64,000 nucleotides of DNA, taken from positions 1,152,001 to 1,216,000 of the forward strand of contig CBDATS010000004.1 in assembly GCA_965200245.1 (NCBI GenBank), written 5' to 3'. How positions within the stretch are numbered: the first letter of the stretch is position 1; each line of letters begins with the position of its first letter. The position numbers were made by a program, and so were the translations under genes. Origin of the DNA: a bacterium (lineage in GTDB: Bacteria; UBA8248). This document shows positions 57,954-64,000 of this stretch, in pieces. A model generated the notes under the pieces. It was not told the origin of the DNA and ran no database searches. It was given only the letters and a program-made list of their open reading frames with translations.

Positions 57954-60323
57954 CTACTCCTCTGCTTCCGGTTCGCTTTCCTCTGGATTCATGAGGTGAA
58001 CGACTCTTTGCGGGAAGGGGATCTCAATCCCCTCTTCCCGGAAGCAACGGTCGATCTCAAATCTTAAATCACTCGCGACATGCAATCGACTCATCACATT
58101 CGGAGTAAAGCACCGCAACTCGAAATCCAGACTGCTTCCACCAAAATCGCGAAACACAACTGTGGGTGCGGGCAGTTCGCTTACCTGTCCATTCCTGTCG
58201 GCAACATCCAATAAAATTTCTCGAACTTTCTCCACGTCAGAGCCATATGCCACTCCAACCCCGATTTCCACACGACCGTACTGATCCCGATGCGTAAGGT
58301 TGGTAACCGAAGTCGAGATAATCTCCGCGTTCGGAATAATGACCGAAGCACGCTGCCAGGTTTGAAGCTCCGTTGCACGAAACTGAATTCTTTTCACTAC
58401 TCCTTCGTCGCTTCCCACTCGCACCCAATCGCCAACCTTAATGGGTCTTTCCACCAAAAGTATCAACCCGGAAATAAAATTGTTCACCACATTCTGCAGC
58501 CCGAAGCCGATCCCCACAGACAGCGCACTGACAACCAGCGCCAGGTTCGAGAGATCGATTCCCGTTACGGAAATACTCAATAAAGCCGCAACAGTTACAC
58601 CTGCGTAACCAAATCCTGCATTCAGGGAATGGCGTATGCCCGGGGGCAAATTCGTCTGCTCAAGAAAACGTTCCGACAACTGCCTTTGCAAGATTCTTGC
58701 GCCAGCCATGGTGATGAAGAAAACGGCTATGGCCAAGAAAATATCGATGATAGAGATACGAACGCTGCCTACCTGGAATCCGGACAGGATTTCCAGCGTC
58801 CGGTGAATCAGATCATTCAGGGGTACGCCCCAGAAAGACACGATAACGAAGATGCCGCAAAGGGAAACGACAAGATCGAGAATGATTCGTACCCAGACAT
58901 TGAAACTCTCGATCATGCGGGCAGAAATGTGAAATTTGTCTTGTATAAACCCGAATTTCGTCGGCGAGGATACCAGTTCGTGGATGACCCCACGCAACAG
59001 GACCACTATCCACAGCACAAGACCGGTCCAAATGAGATTGGTGATAAGCCGCTTACCGAAAACACCATAACCGACAAACAACGCTGCAATACCGATTACC
59101 GCAAGCGCTCTAGCGGTACTACGGATTGCCCGGTATTTATGTCCTTCCCGTGCGCTCTCACTATCCTGGGCGGTTTCGGCTATCCATAGTTTCCCTCCCG
59201 CAAGCCTGAAGAGAGACCAGCCTCCCAATGCACCAAACACCGCAAAGCTTATCGCAATCGCCTCTGCGGATATCACGCCCTTGTTTTCGATGTTCGAGAA
59301 AAACATGTCGCCCGAACAAACAGCCGCCAATATGAAAATCAAACGACAGGCACTGTTCGCGTTTTCTGAAGATTGTCCGGTGAACCGCCATGCCGGCTGA
59401 TCTATGGAGAGGAAACATCTTGCAAAGGAGACTACCAGACAAAAGAACATCATGGCCAAAAGAAACGAAGTGAGTGCTTCTCCAAACAATCCACTCACCG
59501 AAGTGCCTGGCCGGGTCACCCAAAAATAAAGGGCCGTCAAGGCAGCAACCGGGGCAACACTGTTACCAACACCTCCTGTGATTGCGACTCCAAACCGACG
59601 CGCGTAGGAGGGCTCCAATATTTTTGGGTCCTGATCGAAAATACCCAAAACGCTTCTCCGAATTCCCCACCCCACCAATGCACCCAGAATCAAAACCACG
59701 CCCCCTTGCAGCAAGATGGAATGAACACTGGTTTCGCGAGGGAGGTTTTTGAACCAATCAAATGGTGAACGGAGAATGCGTCGAACCGTGGCTGCAATTT
59801 CCGGAACACCATTTATGAGCACACCCGGTGCAACAGGAATTGGTGTACGACGGTACATTTCTTCCAATAACCGCTCGTACCTTATCCGGGAAATGGATTC
59901 TTTCAATTCCCCAACACGAACAATAGCCCAATCCGCTTCGGCGATACGCGCACGGGCAGCCTTAATTTCACGATTGTGCTGCTCTCTTATGTTGCCTGTC
60001 TCTTTCGCCTCTGGCAGGCCGTCCGTTCCGGGAGGAGGACCGATGGCTTTGAGTAATTTTTCAGACTGCTGGAGTTGCCTCTGGGCTCTGGTTTTCACTT
60101 CGCCTGCGCGCGCGAGGACTTGTTCCAACAAGGACAAATGTCCCTGGGTACGAGCCGGCGTTTTTTCGTCGCTATTTAAATAGAGCGTCGCTTCCCGCAA
60201 AATCATCGCCCAATCTCGCGCTTCTGTTGTTTCGTCCAGATTAGAATCCTGCGCATGCGCGGGCAAAAAAACGAGAAACGAAACCGCCAAAACGAAAAGG
60301 AACCCGAAAATCCATCGTTTCAT
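57954..60323 (-). CDS. Large MscS-family mechanosensitive channel (DUF3772/MscK-like)
   Basis: Signal peptide, coiled coil, many TM, and ALSVGIGFGLQNVVNNFISGLILLVERPIKVGD. Confidence 0.94.
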   Translation of the reverse strand: MKRWIFGFLFVLAVSFLVFLPAHAQDSNLDETTEARDWAMILREATLYLNSDEKTPARTQGHLSLLEQVLARAGEVKTRAQRQLQQSEKLLKAIGPPPGTDGLPEAKETGNIREQHNREIKAARARIAEADWAIVRVGELKESISRIRYERLLEEMYRRTPIPVAPGVLINGVPEIAATVRRILRSPFDWFKNLPRETSVHSILLQGGVVLILGALVGWGIRRSVLGIFDQDPKILEPSYARRFGVAITGGVGNSVAPVAALTALYFWVTRPGTSVSGLFGEALTSFLLAMMFFCLVVSFARCFLSIDQPAWRFTGQSSENANSACRLIFILAAVCSGDMFFSNIENKGVISAEAIAISFAVFGALGGWSLFRLAGGKLWIAETAQDSESAREGHKYRAIRSTARALAVIGIAALFVGYGVFGKRLITNLIWTGLVLWIVVLLRGVIHELVSSPTKFGFIQDKFHISARMIESFNVWVRIILDLVVSLCGIFVIVSFWGVPLNDLIHRTLEILSGFQVGSVRISIIDIFLAIAVFFITMAGARILQRQLSERFLEQTNLPPGIRHSLNAGFGYAGVTVAALLSISVTGIDLSNLALVVSALSVGIGFGLQNVVNNFISGLILLVERPIKVGDWVRVGSDEGVVKRIQFRATELQTWQRASVIIPNAEIISTSVTNLTHRDQYGRVEIGVGVAYGSDVEKVREILLDVADRNGQVSELPAPTVVFRDFGGSSLDFELRCFTPNVMSRLHVASDLRFEIDRCFREEGIEIPFPQRVVHLMNPEESEPEAEE

Positions 60324-60587
60324 AAATCATTCTCATTCATCATGACTTGCACCAGTCTATTCGGGGCGAATCGTCCGCTATCAAGAACTTTCATTAAATG
60401 ATACCGCTTTCCCATCCTGAAAGGGATAGCCCCGCTGCCTTCGTCAAAAGCAACTGCGTGCGAAACATCTCATGAGCAGCGAAACACAACGGCCAGTTTG
60501 CATCATCCCAAAACCCTGCCTTTTTGCAAAATCGAAATTCCTTTCACCCGCCGCCAATTCCGGCATTCAGGGCAACCCTCCCAGTCC

Positions 60588-61979
60588 TCATCGAAATCTC
60601 GCTTCAGCATGTGAACCTATTCCCCTGTTGCGACTCCAAACAAAAAACCAGACCAAAAGACACAATCCTCCCACAAAATGACTTATTGTCATCGCACCCC
60701 ATACACCGGAGGCTTCGAATCCCAACGGCAAAGCGGCGAAATATGCAAGAGGTATCTGAAAACCCCATCGGACAAAACCTTCCACAACCATCGGCGGTTT
60801 CGTGTTGGCCGCGCCCTGAAAAGCGCCCGCCAACATGCGTCGAATAGCCTCGAACAAAGTTCCTATGGTAAGTATTCGGACGCAAGCGACGCCAACATCT
60901 ACTCCCTCCCCCTTCATCCCGAAGATCAAGACAATTTCCGTAGCATATAAATACAGTGCGATCGTCACGCCACACATCATGATGAATAAACCGGCCATGG
61001 CAAGATAGACGCTTTGTAACGCCCGGGCCGGCTGGCCGGCGCCTACATTTTGACCCACCATCGTCCGCACGGCGGACTGAATCCCAAAACCGGGCAATCG
61101 CGAAAACGTCCCGAGCCGATTTCCAATTGACCATGCAGCCAAAACCACTGGCCCAAACAACGCCAGAATCTTGAGCAAAATAAGAAGGGCACCGCGTTCA
61201 AGCATGTTCTGCGCCGCCGCGGGCCAGCCCAACAAAATAATGCGGCGCATGCTTTCCGCATGTGGTTTGAGATGAATCAACTTGATACGGAGGCGAGAAC
61301 GTCCCGATGTCAAAAAGTAGAGGATGGTCAAAATTCCTGCTATACGACCCAACCCGATGGCCAAGGCTGAGCCCGTAAGTCCAAGTCCCGTGAACGGCCC
61401 CACACCAAAAACAAGGACAGGAATGAACGTGATGGACAAAAGCGTCGAAACCCCAAGGCCAATCAAGGGTTTTCCAGGTTCGCCAGCCGCTTTCAACATA
61501 TGTGATACCGTGAAAATACCGTCTACGAACGCTATAGTGAGGAACGATACCTGCAAATACGCAACACCAACCCGAATTACATTCGCGTCAGAAGTCAAAA
61601 GCCCAAGCAATCGCGATGAAAACGCAAATCCGAGAAAACTGATGGCGAAGTAATACATACTCGCAAGCAAAAACGCCTGGCCTGCCGCGTGGCTTGCGTG
61701 CTCAGGTTCTTTCGCTCCGATTCTCTGGGCCACCAGGGCGCTGCCCGCGATTCTGATGCCGAAGCCGACTGCGCGAAAAAAGAATATGATCATGAAGCTC
61801 AGGGAAATCGCGGCCAGGTATTCGGGACCCAAGCGCCCCACCCAAAAGATTTCGACCAACGTGTCGGCGTTCCAGGCTATTGGCTCCAGGCATGAAGGAA
61901 CCGCCAGGCGAAAAAGCCCGAAACTTATGGAGCCTGTTGTATAGTCATATTTTTTTGTTTTCTTTCCCAAGCGTGGCAT
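60588..61979 (-). CDS. MATE family efflux transporter
   Basis: TGSI..LAVP, VAQRIGA and VGQNVGA. Confidence 0.9.
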   Translation of the reverse strand: MPRLGKKTKKYDYTTGSISFGLFRLAVPSCLEPIAWNADTLVEIFWVGRLGPEYLAAISLSFMIIFFFRAVGFGIRIAGSALVAQRIGAKEPEHASHAAGQAFLLASMYYFAISFLGFAFSSRLLGLLTSDANVIRVGVAYLQVSFLTIAFVDGIFTVSHMLKAAGEPGKPLIGLGVSTLLSITFIPVLVFGVGPFTGLGLTGSALAIGLGRIAGILTILYFLTSGRSRLRIKLIHLKPHAESMRRIILLGWPAAAQNMLERGALLILLKILALFGPVVLAAWSIGNRLGTFSRLPGFGIQSAVRTMVGQNVGAGQPARALQSVYLAMAGLFIMMCGVTIALYLYATEIVLIFGMKGEGVDVGVACVRILTIGTLFEAIRRMLAGAFQGAANTKPPMVVEGFVRWGFQIPLAYFAALPLGFEASGVWGAMTISHFVGGLCLLVWFFVWSRNRGIGSHAEARFR

Positions 61980-62132
61980 ACGCAAATCTTATCCTAATCA
62001 ATTCCAAAAGGGTTCCGGTCCGGCAAATCAGGCGAATTTCCCTCCAGGGCTGGAAAGTTTTCTCTCCACAAGATAGGTTTGTCTCCAATATACAAACCCG
62101 CGCCCGATGCAACCGGTGAGTTTGGTGCTTCC

Positions 62133-62912
62133 ATGATGCAATTCATAGAACAAACATTGAAAGATGCGGGCGATTTGGCCTTGTCGTTCATGAACAACGC
62201 CAAAGGCGCGCAAAAACAAGACCGGAGTCTGGTGAGCGAGGCGGACCTTGAAGTAGAAAGATTCATTCTTTCCCGCCTGGAAAAATCATTCCCGAACGAC
62301 AGTGTCATCGGCGAAGAACTGGGCAGCAGAGAAACACAATACTCCAGACACTCCCGTCTCTGGGCGGTCGACCCCATTGACGGCACCAATCCGTTTCTGA
62401 ACGGCTTGCCCACCTGGGGCGTATCCATCGGGGTGATGGAAAAGGGAAAAACCGCTGCCGGAGGATTCCACATGCCTGTCGTGGATGAAATGTTTCTCGC
62501 TCTTCAAGGGAAAGGCGCTACCAGAAACGGGAAGGCTCTTCCGAACCTGCAAGACATGGAAATAACCAACCAAACCGTCATGCTGGGTCCTTCGTCCCGA
62601 AAACGCTTTTACAAGCTGGATTATCCAGGAAAATCCGTCGCTTATGGAAGCGCTTCCTCACACATCGCCTATGCGGCTACGGGGGGCGTCATAGCCGCCC
62701 TGGTCGATAGACCCCAAATCTGGGACATCCTGGGCCCTCTGGCTGTTTTGCGGGAAGTCGGGGGGAACGGGTATCACCCAGATGGGCGCGTCCTTAATCT
62801 CCAGAAACTCACGAATGGTGATAAAGCCGAAGGACCCGTATTTTTCGGCTTGAAAGAAAATGCGGAAAAAATATTCCCGCACATCGAAGTGTACCCCAGG
62901 CCGAAATCCTAG
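62133..62912 (+). CDS. Inositol monophosphatase family protein
   Basis: VSEAD, GEE, WAVDPIDGTNPF and IWD. Start uncertain (62079 or 62133). Confidence 0.9.
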   Translation: MMQFIEQTLKDAGDLALSFMNNAKGAQKQDRSLVSEADLEVERFILSRLEKSFPNDSVIGEELGSRETQYSRHSRLWAVDPIDGTNPFLNGLPTWGVSIGVMEKGKTAAGGFHMPVVDEMFLALQGKGATRNGKALPNLQDMEITNQTVMLGPSSRKRFYKLDYPGKSVAYGSASSHIAYAATGGVIAALVDRPQIWDILGPLAVLREVGGNGYHPDGRVLNLQKLTNGDKAEGPVFFGLKENAEKIFPHIEVYPRPKS

Positions 62913-62915
62913 CCT

Positions 62916-64000
62916 TCACCCCTGAAACCCGGTTCCGAAAACACTTCGCATCAAATCCCCTTCTTCAAAACGCGATAGACAATAATCGTTGATATCGGGT
63001 TCCTCGCAACTTCCCGTCATGATCAAATCCGACATCATCTCCCCCACGGCGGGGGCCAGCTTGAAGCCATGACCGCTCATGCCCGTGCAAATGTAGTAGC
63101 CGGGTGCTTCGGGGTGACGATCCAGGATGGGCATCCAATCCGGTGTAATGCAATACAGGCAGCCCCAACCCCGGAAAAGTTTCGCATTTTCGAAATCCGG
63201 CCATCGTTTTTGCATTCTCTCCAGAATGTCGAGCACGAATTCCATATCTTCCTTTTTTTTGAAATTATCCGGGTCAACATACTCGGGTTCTATATTGTCG
63301 CGACCAACAAGAAGCAGATTTCGCCCTTCCGGGCGATAATACAGACGCGTAGGGCCATCATAGACGACAATCTCGACCCTCTCGCCTTTTTTCCCAGCGG
63401 CGTCAAAAACCGTATCTTGTTCCCTGATGGCTTCCGCCGGAAACCGGTGCCCACTCAGGGCAGCCACTTTGTTCACCCAGGCACCCGAGGCATTTACAAC
63501 AACGGGACTTTCGATCACGTCTCGTGAAGTCTTCACCTCGAACATATCCCGGTCGTTTTTGTTCAACCCGATAACGGGGCAATTTTGTCGAATCAGTGCG
63601 CCATATTTCTTGGCACCTTCGGCAAACCCGGATGTCACTCCATGAGGATCCGCATATCCGCTTCTGGGCTCGTATGCCGCGCCCACGATATCACCCAGTT
63701 TGGCCCACGGGGCGTATCGAGAAATCTCCTCTTTTTCCATCCAGCACGTCTCTACGCCAAGGGACTGCGCGAGTTCCACATTCTTTCTGACACCTTCGCG
63801 AAGTGAATCATTCGCCAGCACCAGATACCCGGTTTGGATAAAACCCGCTTGTCCACCCTCGGAGTACTCCTCAAATCTCTCGAGCGCCAAAAGAGAACGC
63901 CAAGCCATCTGAATGGTGCTTTTGTTCGAATAATGCGTGCGAATAAGAGCCGAGGAACCTCCTGTGGAACCGGATGCGATGCCGTCGCGCTCGCAGAGAA
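62916..64000 (-). CDS. FAD-dependent glycine/D-amino-acid/sarcosine oxidase-like oxidoreductase, 5' truncated by the window
   Basis: ERDGIASGSTGGS, NASGAW, TPDWMPI and SGHGFKLAP. Confidence 0.92.
   Translation of the reverse strand, partial: LCERDGIASGSTGGSSALIRTHYSNKSTIQMAWRSLLALERFEEYSEGGQAGFIQTGYLVLANDSLREGVRKNVELAQSLGVETCWMEKEEISRYAPWAKLGDIVGAAYEPRSGYADPHGVTSGFAEGAKKYGALIRQNCPVIGLNKNDRDMFEVKTSRDVIESPVVVNASGAWVNKVAALSGHRFPAEAIREQDTVFDAAGKKGERVEIVVYDGPTRLYYRPEGRNLLLVGRDNIEPEYVDPDNFKKKEDMEFVLDILERMQKRWPDFENAKLFRGWGCLYCITPDWMPILDRHPEAPGYYICTGMSGHGFKLAPAVGEMMSDLIMTGSCEEPDINDYCLSRFEEGDLMRSVFGTGFQG

Overview
This is a bacterial chromosomal segment of mostly housekeeping and metabolic genes. Gene content resembles Nitrospinota/Tectomicrobia or a delta-like lineage, but that is inference only. 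From left to right: a partial cyclase and an M24 peptidase; a low-GC islet with a T5orf172/GIY-YIG nuclease carrying a probable RAMA domain; a sodium:solute symporter with TPR and small membrane proteins; tRNA-Arg(ACG); a 13-gene A1-type cytochrome c oxidase operon (two subunit III genes, heme A/O synthases, micro-ORFs, DUF420, DUF983, ABC-2 exporter); cytochrome c, proA and rimK; a 900-bp gap with a consensus sigma-54 promoter and no protein gene; cbtA with two VOC genes; a TctBAC transporter; a GAF sigma-54 activator; hemW; rqcH; yicC-gmk-coaBC-udg without rpoZ; a DUF433/PIN toxin-antitoxin pair with a frameshifted toxin; rarA, a RidA-family gene, purE and tsaC; a thrC-like/PTPS-II/SDR run followed by a ferredoxin; an orphan dnaN; tupABC at the end of a PrpD-cupin operon; nadA-nadC; FAH, MscS, MATE, IMPase and a partial FAD oxidoreductase. 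The best candidate for an undescribed element is the sigma-54-driven, structured, ANGGA-repeat transcript at about 19700-19940 on the minus strand. No CRISPR array, rRNA, transposase or integrase was seen. All family calls come from motif recognition by eye, not database searches.
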